Assembly: GCA_035275385.1 (NCBI GenBank)
Contig: DATEMW010000076.1
Location: 1 to 40,273 of the forward strand
Direction of reading: 5' to 3'
Length of the DNA: 40,273 nucleotides
Source: Candidatus Methylomirabilota bacterium
GTDB lineage: Bacteria; Methylomirabilota; Methylomirabilia; Rokubacteriales; CSP1-6
The notes under the pieces were generated by a model. It ran no database searches, had not been told where the DNA came from, and saw nothing but the letters and a program-made list of their open reading frames with translations. Numbering within the stretch: position 1 is the stretch's first letter; every line of letters starts with the position of its first letter. The translations under genes and the position numbers were made by a program. Below are positions 1-9,284 of the stretch, piece after piece.

Positions 1-43
1 CACGAGGGCGCCGGAGCCGGCGGCCCTGACCCCTGCCACCCGG

Positions 44-931
44 CTACCCGAGCTCGATGCCTCGGGCTCCGATGCGGTACTCGACGATCTCGTCGCTCAT
101 CGCGCTGCCCCGGTGCTTGACGACGCAGAGCATGCGGGCCAGCCGGTTGCCGACCCGCTCGCTGCCGAGGACCACGATCGTGTTGGCGGTGGCGCCGATG
201 TCGCCGGTGGCCACCTTGCGCGCCAGCAGATCCTCGAGCCGCGTCTCTTCGGTCGTCACCAGGAGCAAGGTCGTGAGCGCCGTGTGGTCGTAGTGATGCG
301 AGTCGATGAACTCCCGATGCTTCCACACCGGCAGGCAGATCTCCATCCCGAGTGTCTCGGCGTCGCGGTGGATGGTCTTTCGGTAGAGCTCGTCGAAGAT
401 GAAGAACTGGATCGAGTCGGCCGGCGAATCCATCGGCTCCACGCCGTCGACGACGATCCGCCGGGCTCCGGCCGCGCAGTGGAAGTAGACGAACGGCCGC
501 ACCGTGTAGAGCGCGTGGTTGTACGCCGCCTTCCAGTTCCAGTCGAACTCGAAGCCGCCATCCGGCGTCGGCACCTGGAAGTCGCGCACGCGGCCCACCC
601 ACTTGAGCGTGTTCGAGTAGCTCGCCGCCATCTGCCCGGGCGGCGGATACGGATCGGTCATCGGCGTCACGGTATGCGTCCACGGCGTCAGCGACCAGTC
701 GAAGAGCCGTGCCGCGTACTCGTCGTGCTGCTGCGAGTCGCCGCGGCCGTTCAGATCGAGCACGATGCCGCGGGCGCCGTCGGCGACGCGCCCGTGATCG
801 GCGAACGTGAGCCCCAGATGGGTCTTGCCGATGCCGGTCGCGCCGTAGATCACCGTGAGCGTGCCGGGCAAGAGACCACCGTCGAGCATGGCGTCGAGCT
901 TGGGAATGCCGGTCGAGACTCGCGTGGCCAT
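44..931 (-). CDS. KaiC/RadB-like RecA-superfamily ATPase, single domain (295 aa)
   Basis: The N-terminus STGIPKLDAMLDGGLLPGTLTVIYGATGIGKTHLGL is the KaiC-type lead-in with Walker A GATGIGKT. RRIVVDGVE is a Walker B candidate. The C-terminal VVKHRGSAMSDEIVEYRIGARGIEL resembles the KaiC-family K(M/H)RGS motif. It starts 12 nt after the ligase stop on the same strand. Confidence 0.75.
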   Translation of the reverse strand: MATRVSTGIPKLDAMLDGGLLPGTLTVIYGATGIGKTHLGLTFADHGRVADGARGIVLDLNGRGDSQQHDEYAARLFDWSLTPWTHTVTPMTDPYPPPGQMAASYSNTLKWVGRVRDFQVPTPDGGFEFDWNWKAAYNHALYTVRPFVYFHCAAGARRIVVDGVEPMDSPADSIQFFIFDELYRKTIHRDAETLGMEICLPVWKHREFIDSHHYDHTALTTLLLVTTEETRLEDLLARKVATGDIGATANTIVVLGSERVGNRLARMLCVVKHRGSAMSDEIVEYRIGARGIELG

Positions 932-942
932 GGCCGCCGATT

Positions 943-2517
943 CTACAACGTCCTCCCCTTGGTCGCGAACTGCCGCTCGTACAACCGGCGCAGCTCGTCG
1001 AGCGTCGTCGCCTGGCTCGGCGCCTTGTCGTCACGGATCCGCGTGATCCGCGCGAAGCGCAGCGCCATCCCTGACCGGTAGGTCGGGCTCTTCTGGATCT
1101 CGTTGTACGCGACCTCGACGACGACCTCGGGCCGCACGCGCACGGTGTAGCCGTCGTCGCTCGTCGCGAGCGCCCACAGGCGCTCGGTCATCGCGACGAA
1201 CTGCTGGTCGGTGAAGCCCTTGAACGTCTTGCCCACGTCGGCGAAGCCCTCGCCGTCGGCCACGGCGAGATGGTAGTTGGACAGCCACTTGTTGCGCCGG
1301 CCCGAGCCGCGATCGACCGCGACGATGACGCAGTCGACGGTCTCGGCGGTCTTCAGCTTGAACCAGCGCTTGCCGCGTCCGCCTGGCTCGTACGTGGATC
1401 TCAGATCTTTCGCCACGAGCCCCTCGTGGCCGGCGGCCAGCGCCCGCGCCTGAAACTCTCGGGCGGCCTCGGCCGTCGTCACGATCAGCCGCTCGGCCAG
1501 ATGCCGGCCGCCGGTCACGCGCGCCAGCGCCTCCCACCGGCGCGCGTACGGCTCGTCGAGCAGCGAGCGACCATCGGCCATGAGGCAGTCGAAGAAGTGA
1601 AGCGTGAGCGGCATCTCTCCAACCAGTCGCTCCACGTCGTGGACGCGCCGGAACCGGCGCATCAGCTCCTGGAACGGCAGCGGCCGCCCGGCGGCGTCGA
1701 GCGCCAGCACCTCGCCGTCCAGGATGAACGGCGCGCCGGCCAGCTCGCGCCGCGCGATGTCGACGACGTCGGGCAGGCTGCGCGTAACGTCCGAGAGGCG
1801 GCGCGTCCAGATGCTCACGCGATCGTCCTCGCGGTGGAGCTGGATCCGCGCGCCGTCGTACTTGTACTCGAGGGCCGTGGTGCCGCCGTGCGCCTCGAGC
1901 ACCTCGTCGAAGTCCTCGGCGATCTGCGCGAGCATCGGCAAGAGCGGCACACCCGGTCTCACGCTTGCCGCCGTCAGCCCCGCGGCGCCGCTCGTCGCCG
2001 CCAGGGTCGCCACGGCTGAGAGGTCGCCCAGCCGCAGCGCCGCCCGGCGCGTGCTCTCGAGCGGCGCCGCAAAGGCGCGCGCGATCGCCTCGAGCACGAG
2101 CCCGTCGGAGACGCCGGTGCGCATCTCGCCCGTGATGATGCGCTGCAGCGTGTCACGCTCGTCCGTCGACGCCCGCGCCGCGAGTGTACGCAGTCGATCG
2201 TCCCGCGCGCGGCGCGAGCCGGCGCCGCCGGCCTCCGCGACCTCGGCGAATGCGGCGGCGACGTCGGCGAGCGTCAGCGGCGACTGTTCGACCGGCTCGC
2301 CGTCCGGCGCCGGCAGCCAGCGCACGCCCAGCACGCGCGGATCCGATTGGGGAAAGGCACGGCCCGCGAGAAACGCCACCGCGGTGCCCACGAGGTCCGG
2401 CGGCAGCGTCCGCAGATATTCGGCAAGCAGGGCGAGCTTGTCGAGCCGTCCTGGGCTCGTGCGCAGCCGCCGGCAGAGATCCGCGAGCCGGGAAAGCTCG
2501 ATCATTCCGAAAATCAT
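943..2517 (-). CDS. ATP-dependent DNA ligase (Lig1/archaeal-type, 524 aa)
   Basis: Adenylation motif I is KxDG in EYKYDGARIQLH. Other ligase motifs are present: FILDGEVLAL, LHFFDCL, EGLVAKD and RWFKLK. There is an N-terminal DNA-binding-domain-like region. An alternative Met lies 4 codons downstream. Confidence 0.9.
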   Translation of the reverse strand: MIFGMIELSRLADLCRRLRTSPGRLDKLALLAEYLRTLPPDLVGTAVAFLAGRAFPQSDPRVLGVRWLPAPDGEPVEQSPLTLADVAAAFAEVAEAGGAGSRRARDDRLRTLAARASTDERDTLQRIITGEMRTGVSDGLVLEAIARAFAAPLESTRRAALRLGDLSAVATLAATSGAAGLTAASVRPGVPLLPMLAQIAEDFDEVLEAHGGTTALEYKYDGARIQLHREDDRVSIWTRRLSDVTRSLPDVVDIARRELAGAPFILDGEVLALDAAGRPLPFQELMRRFRRVHDVERLVGEMPLTLHFFDCLMADGRSLLDEPYARRWEALARVTGGRHLAERLIVTTAEAAREFQARALAAGHEGLVAKDLRSTYEPGGRGKRWFKLKTAETVDCVIVAVDRGSGRRNKWLSNYHLAVADGEGFADVGKTFKGFTDQQFVAMTERLWALATSDDGYTVRVRPEVVVEVAYNEIQKSPTYRSGMALRFARITRIRDDKAPSQATTLDELRRLYERQFATKGRTL

Positions 2518-2564
2518 TATAAGGATTCTTGACTTGGCCTCCGGCGCGGCCCTACTTTCGTTTC

Positions 2565-4511
2565 ATGCGTCGCCGCCGTGTCCTCTACGACGCGACCTCG
2601 CGCGCGGCGGCGACGGCCGCCGAGCTCGTCCGCGGCGACTTCGACGTGGCCGGGCTCTCCGTCGCCGCGGATCCGACGGCCGACGGGCCCGTGGTCGTCC
2701 TGATCGGCCGCGACGGCATCGACGCGCGCTGGAGCCAGGCGCCGCTGCGCGTGATCGCCCTCGTCGATGCGGAGAGCGACGGGCCGTGGCCGGCGCACTG
2801 GCACGCGGTGCTCCCGGCGGGCGTGAGCGCGGCGATGCTCGGCCGCGCGATCGACAACGCGTTCGCCGATCTCGATCGCGCGGCCGAGGTCGCGCGGCTC
2901 GACCGCGAGATGACGCGGCTCGACCGCGAGCTCTCCGAGCTGAACGCGATCGGCATCCGGCTCTCGGCCGAGCGCAACCCGCGCGGCCTCATCGAGACCA
3001 TCCTGACCAAGGCCCGGGAGATCACCCACAGCGACGCGGGCTCGCTCTATCTGGTCGAGGAGTCCGCCGACGGCACGCGCGACCTCCGCTTCGTCCTGGC
3101 CCAGAACGATTCGGTCGACATTCCGTTCCGCGCCGCGCGGCTGCCGCTGACCAGCGAGAGCGTTGCCGGGCACGTGGCGCTGACCGGCGCCATCCTGAAC
3201 CTGGAGGACGCGTACGAGCCGCCCGTCGGCGCGCCCTTTCACATCAACCGCTCGTTCGACGAGGAGACCGGCTACCGCACCCGGTCGATGCTGGTGGTGC
3301 CGATGCGCACGCCGGAGGGCGAGACGATCGGCGCGCTCCAGCTGATCAACTGCAAGCCCGACTTCTCGGCGCAGCTGATCCCGGGCACCGCGACCGAGGG
3401 CGCGACGCAGCGCTTCACGGCGCGCCACGAGCAGCTGGCGGGGTCGCTCGCCTCACAGGCGGCGGTGGCGATCCAGAACCGGCGGCTCTACGAGAGCATC
3501 CGCGAGCTGTTCGAAGGCTTCGTCAAGGCGTCCGTCACGGCGATCGAGTCGCGCGACCCGACCACCTCCGGCCACTCCGCCCGCGTCGCCAATCTCACCG
3601 TGGGCCTGGCGACGGCGATCGACCGCTCGACGACCGGGCCGTATCAGGCGCTCCGCTTCACCGCCGAGGAGATGACCGAGCTCCGGTACGCGGCCCTCCT
3701 GCACGACTTCGGCAAGGTCGGCGTACGCGAGCAAGTGCTGGTCAAGGCCAAGAAGCTCTTGCCGGGCGAGCTCGATCGGATCCGCCAGCGCGTCGAGCTG
3801 ATCAAGCGCGGGCTCGAGCTGCGCTACTCGGCCAGGAAGATCGAGCACCTCGAGCAGAAGGGGCGCCGCAGCTATGCCGCGAAGGCCAAAGCCTTCGACG
3901 CCGAGCTGGCGGCCCACGTCGCCGAGCTCGATCGAAGCTTGGCGCGCATCGTCGCGGCCAACGAGCCCGCCGTCCTGCCGCGCGACTTCGCCGCCGGGAT
4001 CGAGCGGCTGGCGCTCGACGTCTTCGAGGATCACCTGGGCAACCGCGAGACCGTCATCACGCGCGACGAGGCCGAGATTTTGGCGATTCCGCGGGGCAGC
4101 CTGACGCCGGCGGAGTTCAAGGAGATCCAGTCGCACGTGATCCACACGTACGAGTTCCTCGCGCGGATCCCGTGGACGCGCGAGTTCCGGCGCATTCCGG
4201 AGATCGCGCGCTCTCACCACGAGAAGCTCGACGGCACCGGCTATCCCGAGGGACGACAGCGCGACGAGATCCCCGTGCAGTCCCGGATGATGACCATCGC
4301 CGACATCTACGACGCGCTCACCGCCGGCGACCGCCCCTACAAGAAGAGCATCGCCAGAGACGAGGCGCTCGACATCCTGGAGCAGGAGCGCCGCGCCGGC
4401 CACCTCGACGGCGCACTGCTCGACGTCTTCGTGGAAGCGAAGATCTACGAGCAGGCGCAGCAGTCGGCCGTCACCCCCTCAGCATCAAGCAAACCGCGCC
4501 CCACGCGATGA
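2565..4511 (+). CDS. Pseudo-receiver / GAF / HD-GYP domain protein (putative c-di-GMP phosphodiesterase)
   Basis: HD-GYP signatures are HSARVANL, LLHDFGKVGV and HHEKLDGTGYPEG. A GAF-like segment reads ILTKAREITHSDAGSLYLVEE...MLVVPM. The ORF track opens at TTG 2529, but that TTG is part of a TTGACT -35-like hexamer (2529-2534), with TACTTT at 2553-2558. I therefore prefer ATG 2565 (MRRRRVLYD), possibly on a near-leaderless transcript. Confidence 0.85.
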   Translation: MRRRRVLYDATSRAAATAAELVRGDFDVAGLSVAADPTADGPVVVLIGRDGIDARWSQAPLRVIALVDAESDGPWPAHWHAVLPAGVSAAMLGRAIDNAFADLDRAAEVARLDREMTRLDRELSELNAIGIRLSAERNPRGLIETILTKAREITHSDAGSLYLVEESADGTRDLRFVLAQNDSVDIPFRAARLPLTSESVAGHVALTGAILNLEDAYEPPVGAPFHINRSFDEETGYRTRSMLVVPMRTPEGETIGALQLINCKPDFSAQLIPGTATEGATQRFTARHEQLAGSLASQAAVAIQNRRLYESIRELFEGFVKASVTAIESRDPTTSGHSARVANLTVGLATAIDRSTTGPYQALRFTAEEMTELRYAALLHDFGKVGVREQVLVKAKKLLPGELDRIRQRVELIKRGLELRYSARKIEHLEQKGRRSYAAKAKAFDAELAAHVAELDRSLARIVAANEPAVLPRDFAAGIERLALDVFEDHLGNRETVITRDEAEILAIPRGSLTPAEFKEIQSHVIHTYEFLARIPWTREFRRIPEIARSHHEKLDGTGYPEGRQRDEIPVQSRMMTIADIYDALTAGDRPYKKSIARDEALDILEQERRAGHLDGALLDVFVEAKIYEQAQQSAVTPSASSKPRPTR

Positions 4512-4650
4512 CCGCGGCGAGCGCCACGAGCGCTCGCAAAACCTCGCGTCCAGCCCGCATGCTCTGCAGGTGTTGAGTAGTTCTCGCCAAAAAAAACGCG
4601 CGCGATCCGCGACGGTGCAACAACGCGTACGTGACTGCGTGCGAGCTCAT
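4471..4650 (-). CDS. Candidate small hydrophobic protein (59 aa) downstream of lexA
   Basis: A strong SD, AGAAGGAGG (reverse complement of 4655-4663), lies 5 nt before ATG 4650; a GTG alternative is at 4653. The C-terminal half VLRALVALAAVIAWGAVCLMLRG is a predicted TM helix. Against it: GC3 looks lower than neighbouring genes, it contains a T8 run, and it overlaps the 3' end of the convergent HD-GYP gene by 41 nt. Confidence 0.3.
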   Translation of the reverse strand: MSSHAVTYALLHRRGSRAFFLARTTQHLQSMRAGREVLRALVALAAVIAWGAVCLMLRG

Positions 4651-4695
4651 CACTGCCTCCTTCTACGACGTTCATCCCACGACGTTCATCGAGAA

Positions 4696-5340
4696 TCAAA
4701 ACCCTCTGAGGAGTCCGATGACCTTGCCGAGAATCGTGACCGCGCGCCGGGCCGGATCGATGACGATCGGCGCCATCGTCTGGTTCTCGGGCTTGAGCAC
4801 GACGCGCGAGCCATCGCGCAAGAACCTCTTCACGGTCGCCTCGGTCTCCCCGCCTGCCTCTGACTCGACCATCGCCACGACGATGTCGTTCGGCTGAGCC
4901 GAGCTCTGGCGCCTGACGAGCACGAGGTCGCCATCGCAGATGTGCGCCTCGATCATCGACTCGCCGCGCACGCGCAGCGCGAACACGTCCTCGCCGCGGC
5001 CGGGCAAGGACGCCGCGGCGATCGGCACGTCGCCCTCGCGGTTTTCCTGAGCCAGGAGCGGCGAGCCCGCGGCGATCCGGCCCAAGATCGGCACGGCGTG
5101 ATGCGCGCGCGACGCGCCGCCCACGTCGGGCAAACTGAGCGCCCGCGACGTGCGGCCCTCGCTCGGGCGCCGCTGCAGCTCGCCCTTGCGCTCCAGTGCG
5201 CGCAGATGATCGAACGCGGCCCGCGGCGTGATGCGGAACCGCCCGCCGATCTCGCGCACGGTCGGCGGCACCCCGTGCTTGGCCTGGAAGCTGCGCATGA
5301 AGCTCAGAACTTCGCGCTGTCGGCCCGTCAGCTCTCGCAT
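4696..5340 (-). CDS. lexA: LexA repressor (SOS regulator, S24 peptidase)
   Basis: The N-terminus is a winged HTH: MRELTGRQREVLSFMRSFQAKHGVPPTVREIG. The Ala-Gly cleavage site is in RIAAGSP, the catalytic Ser in VRGESM and the catalytic Lys in TVKRF. GGAGG lies 7 nt upstream of ATG 5340. The track ORF start at 5394 would place the promoter and palindrome inside the gene. Confidence 0.92.
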   Translation of the reverse strand: MRELTGRQREVLSFMRSFQAKHGVPPTVREIGGRFRITPRAAFDHLRALERKGELQRRPSEGRTSRALSLPDVGGASRAHHAVPILGRIAAGSPLLAQENREGDVPIAAASLPGRGEDVFALRVRGESMIEAHICDGDLVLVRRQSSAQPNDIVVAMVESEAGGETEATVKRFLRDGSRVVLKPENQTMAPIVIDPARRAVTILGKVIGLLRGF

Positions 5341-5361
5341 CCGTCGTCCTCCGTGCCGCGC

Positions 5362-5393
5362 AGTATCACTCAACTGGTGTTGACTAGTCAACA
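5362..5393 (-). promoter_or_regulatory. lexA promoter with overlapping palindromic operator (candidate SOS box)
   Basis: On the minus strand, TTGACT (5391-5386) is followed by an 18-nt spacer and GATACT (5367-5362). A perfect 16-bp palindrome TGTTGACTAGTCAACA (5378-5393) covers the -35. A further TCAAC-N4-GTTGA inverted repeat lies at 5370-5383. Confidence 0.5.
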
Positions 5394-5443
5394 AAAAGCG
5401 AGTGCCTGGTTTTCGGGACAGGAACGGGCTCAGAGAAGGCGGG

Positions 5444-5905
5444 CTACGCGGGCTCCCAGGGCTCGCAGACCGGGCAGGTCGTCAACCCCTGCTCGCGAGC
5501 CTCGGCGACGTGCTTGAAGTACGCGCGCTCGGCCTCGGGAATCCGCGCGACCCAGGCGCAGTCGCTCTTGTGGAACAGGCGCGAGGAGCGCTGAGCGCAA
5601 TAGGGCTCCCCCGGCTCGACTGCGACGGTGGGCGCGGAGTCGACCGCGGGGCTGGCGACGGGCGTCTCCGATGGCGCGGTCGCGATCGGCGGCTCGATGA
5701 TCGGCGTCGACGACGGGATGATCGGATCGGGATCGTTGATGTGGAGATTCGTCTCGACGGTCGATCGGAACTCGTCGCTGGCGCGACGGAACTCGCGGAG
5801 CGCGCGACCGATCATCCTGCCGAGCTCGGGGAGCTTTCCCGGCCCGAAGACCAGCAGGGCCAGCACCCCGATGACGAGCATCTCCTGAAATCCGATGTCG
5901 AACAT
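5444..5905 (-). CDS. TatA/TatB-family Sec-independent translocase component with C-terminal Cys4 Ada-like zinc module (153 aa)
   Basis: [42 protein letters not shown] is a canonical Tat TM helix, hinge and amphipathic helix. A Pro-rich linker follows. The tail is [48 protein letters not shown]. Confidence 0.8.
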   Translation of the reverse strand: MFDIGFQEMLVIGVLALLVFGPGKLPELGRMIGRALREFRRASDEFRSTVETNLHINDPDPIIPSSTPIIEPPIATAPSETPVASPAVDSAPTVAVEPGEPYCAQRSSRLFHKSDCAWVARIPEAERAYFKHVAEAREQGLTTCPVCEPWEPA

Positions 5906-5935
5906 CGGGGCTTAGAGTAACACGCGCTTCGAGCG

Positions 5936-6724
5936 CTAGCCGACCCCCGCCAGCCTCGCCAGCTCGGCGAACGAGCTCACGACCACGTCGGCCGCGTCGG
6001 CGGGCGCGCCGCCCGCGGGCGCGTAGAGCACGGTCGGCATGCCGACCGCTTTACCGCCCCGGATGTCGGAGGGAATGCTGTCGCCGACCATCGCCGTGTC
6101 GGCCGCCTTGAGGCCGAGCCGGTCGAGGGCCATGCGGAAGAGCGGCGCCTCGGGCTTGCCGACGACGACGGGCTGGACGCCCGCCGCAACCGCGACCGAT
6201 TGCACGATCGAGCCGCAGCCCGGCAGGAAGTCGCCGCCCTCGATCGGCAGGCGCGGATCGATGTTGGGCGTCACGAGCGGCGCCCCGCGGGCGGCGGCCC
6301 GCGCCGCCGCGGTGAGCCGCTCGTAGCTCAGATCGAAGTCGTTGCCGACGGCCACGACGGTCGCCGCGCGATAGTCCTTCACGTCCACCAGCTCATGACC
6401 GGCGCGCGCGATGACGGCGCCCATCTCGGGCGCGCCGATCGACAAGACGCGCGAGGGGCCGAAGCGCTCGCGGATCACGTCGCCGATGATCTCGAGCGGG
6501 GTCAACACGTGCTGCGCGACGGTGACCCCCAGGCGATGGAGCCGGACGCGGAGGTCGGCGCCCGTGGAGCGCGAGTTGTTCGAGACGAACGCCAGCGCGC
6601 GCCCGTGCTGGTGGAGGGCGGCGAGCATCTCGGCAGCACCGGGATTGAGCACGTCGCCGCTCCAGATGCAGCCGTCGAGATCGAACACGAACCCGCGAAG
6701 CGCCGAGAGGCTCGGGGCGGCCAC
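5936..6724 (-). CDS. HAD-superfamily hydrolase, subfamily IIA (NagD-like phosphatase)
   Basis: Motif I is FVFDLDGCIW. FVSNNS is typical of HAD-IIA. A C-terminal MVGDSIPSDIRGG motif is present. Confidence 0.85.
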   Translation of the reverse strand: MAAPSLSALRGFVFDLDGCIWSGDVLNPGAAEMLAALHQHGRALAFVSNNSRSTGADLRVRLHRLGVTVAQHVLTPLEIIGDVIRERFGPSRVLSIGAPEMGAVIARAGHELVDVKDYRAATVVAVGNDFDLSYERLTAAARAAARGAPLVTPNIDPRLPIEGGDFLPGCGSIVQSVAVAAGVQPVVVGKPEAPLFRMALDRLGLKAADTAMVGDSIPSDIRGGKAVGMPTVLYAPAGGAPADAADVVVSSFAELARLAGVG

Positions 6725-6729
6725 CGCGC

Positions 6730-7901
6730 TCAGGCCTCCGTCCGGGCGAAGTCGGCGATCGCGTCGGCGTAGACCTCACCCGTGCGCGCGGCGACCTGAC
6801 TCCAGCTGAACTGCGACTCGACACGCAGCCGTCCGGCGCGTCCCATCGCGCGGCCGCGCTTCGGATCCTCCAGCAGCACGCGGATGGCCGCGGCCAGCGC
6901 GTCCGGCCGCGCCGGCTCTACCAGGGTGCCGGTCTTGCCGTCCTCGACCACCTCGACGATACCGCCGACGGCCGAGGCGACCACCGGCGTCTCGCACGCC
7001 ATCGCTTCGAGGTTGATCAGACCGAACGGCTCGTAGACCGACGGGCACACGAACACCGAGGCGTGGCTGTAGAGCTGCACGACCTCACTCACCGGCACCA
7101 TCTCGCCGATCCAGAGGACGTTCGGGTGCTTGGGCAGCGCCTGCTTGAGCCGCGCCTCGATCTCCGGCGTGTCGGGCGCCGATGCGCACAGGACGACCTG
7201 CACGCCCGGCGGAAGCTTGGGCGCCGCTTCCAGCAGATGGAAGATCCCCTTCTGATCGGTGATGCGCCCGACGAACAGCACGTAGGGCTCGCGCACTCCG
7301 CGCCGCGCCAGCGCGTCGCGCGCCTCGGTCCGGCGAAACTTATCGGGATCGATCCCGTTGTGGATCACGACGACCTTTGCCGGGTCGACCTGGAAGTGCT
7401 CGAGGATGTCGTCACGCATCTTGCGCGAGACCGCGATCACCCGATCGGCCGCCTCCACCGCGGTCTTCTCGATCCAGCTCGAGAGCAGATAGCCGCTGCC
7501 GAGCTGATCGGCTTTCCAGGGCCGGAGCGGCTCCATGCTGTGCAGGGTCACGCACAGCGGGATCCGGTGGATCGTACGGATCCAGAGGCCGGCCATGTCC
7601 GCGTACCAGGTGTGCGCGTGCGCCACCTGGGCGTCGACCGGATCGCGCGTCATCGCGAGCGCGATCGAGAGCGTCTCGAGCGAAGGGGCGTAGAGCGGCT
7701 TGTCCTTGCCGGCGCCGACGCGGTCCCAGGGCGTGTAGCCGCGCAGGGTCACGCGTTCGGTCGACTCGGCTGCGGCGCGCTCCCCGAAGCAGCGCACTTC
7801 GACGGGCATGAGCCGGCCCAGCGCTTCGGCCAGCTGTCCCACCACGACTCCCGCGCCGCCGTAGATGTGAGGCGGGTACTCGCGGGTCAATAGAAGAGCT
7901 T

Positions 7902-7905
<4 letters not shown>
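6730..7905 (-). CDS. GT4 glycosyltransferase of the 'glycogen synthase, Corynebacterium family' / GlgM (maltose-1-phosphate synthase)-like type
   Basis: LLTREYPPHIYGGAGVVV, HAHTWY and LHSMEPLRPWKADQLGSGYLLSSWIEKTAVEAADRVIAVS match, from memory, the conserved blocks of mycobacterial GlgM (Rv1212c). The GT-B motif EPFGLINLEAMACETPVVASAVGG is present. Confidence 0.85.

Positions 7906-9276
<1,371 letters not shown>

Positions 9277-9284
<8 letters not shown>

Noticed and set aside
1604-4576. A 990-aa ORF on the plus strand spanning the ligase and HD-GYP genes.
   Set aside because: The translation is low-complexity and rich in Arg, Ala, Ser and Pro, with no motifs. It is out of frame with, or antisense to, two genes that have clear family signatures. 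It is a typical shadow ORF of GC-rich DNA.
4586-4613. A possible rho-independent terminator for lexA on the minus strand: a short CGCG...CGCG hairpin followed by T8.
   Set aside because: It is not rejected outright, but it is weak: the stem is only about 4 bp, and it falls inside the SD-preceded small ORF. It is therefore reported as a competing interpretation rather than as a feature.
5924-5936. A small palindrome, GCGCTTCGAGCGC, between the HAD and Tat genes.
   Set aside because: It has a 5-bp stem with a 3-nt loop, and its last base is the first base of the HAD stop codon (5936-5938). It is too small to interpret and is common by chance in GC-rich DNA.
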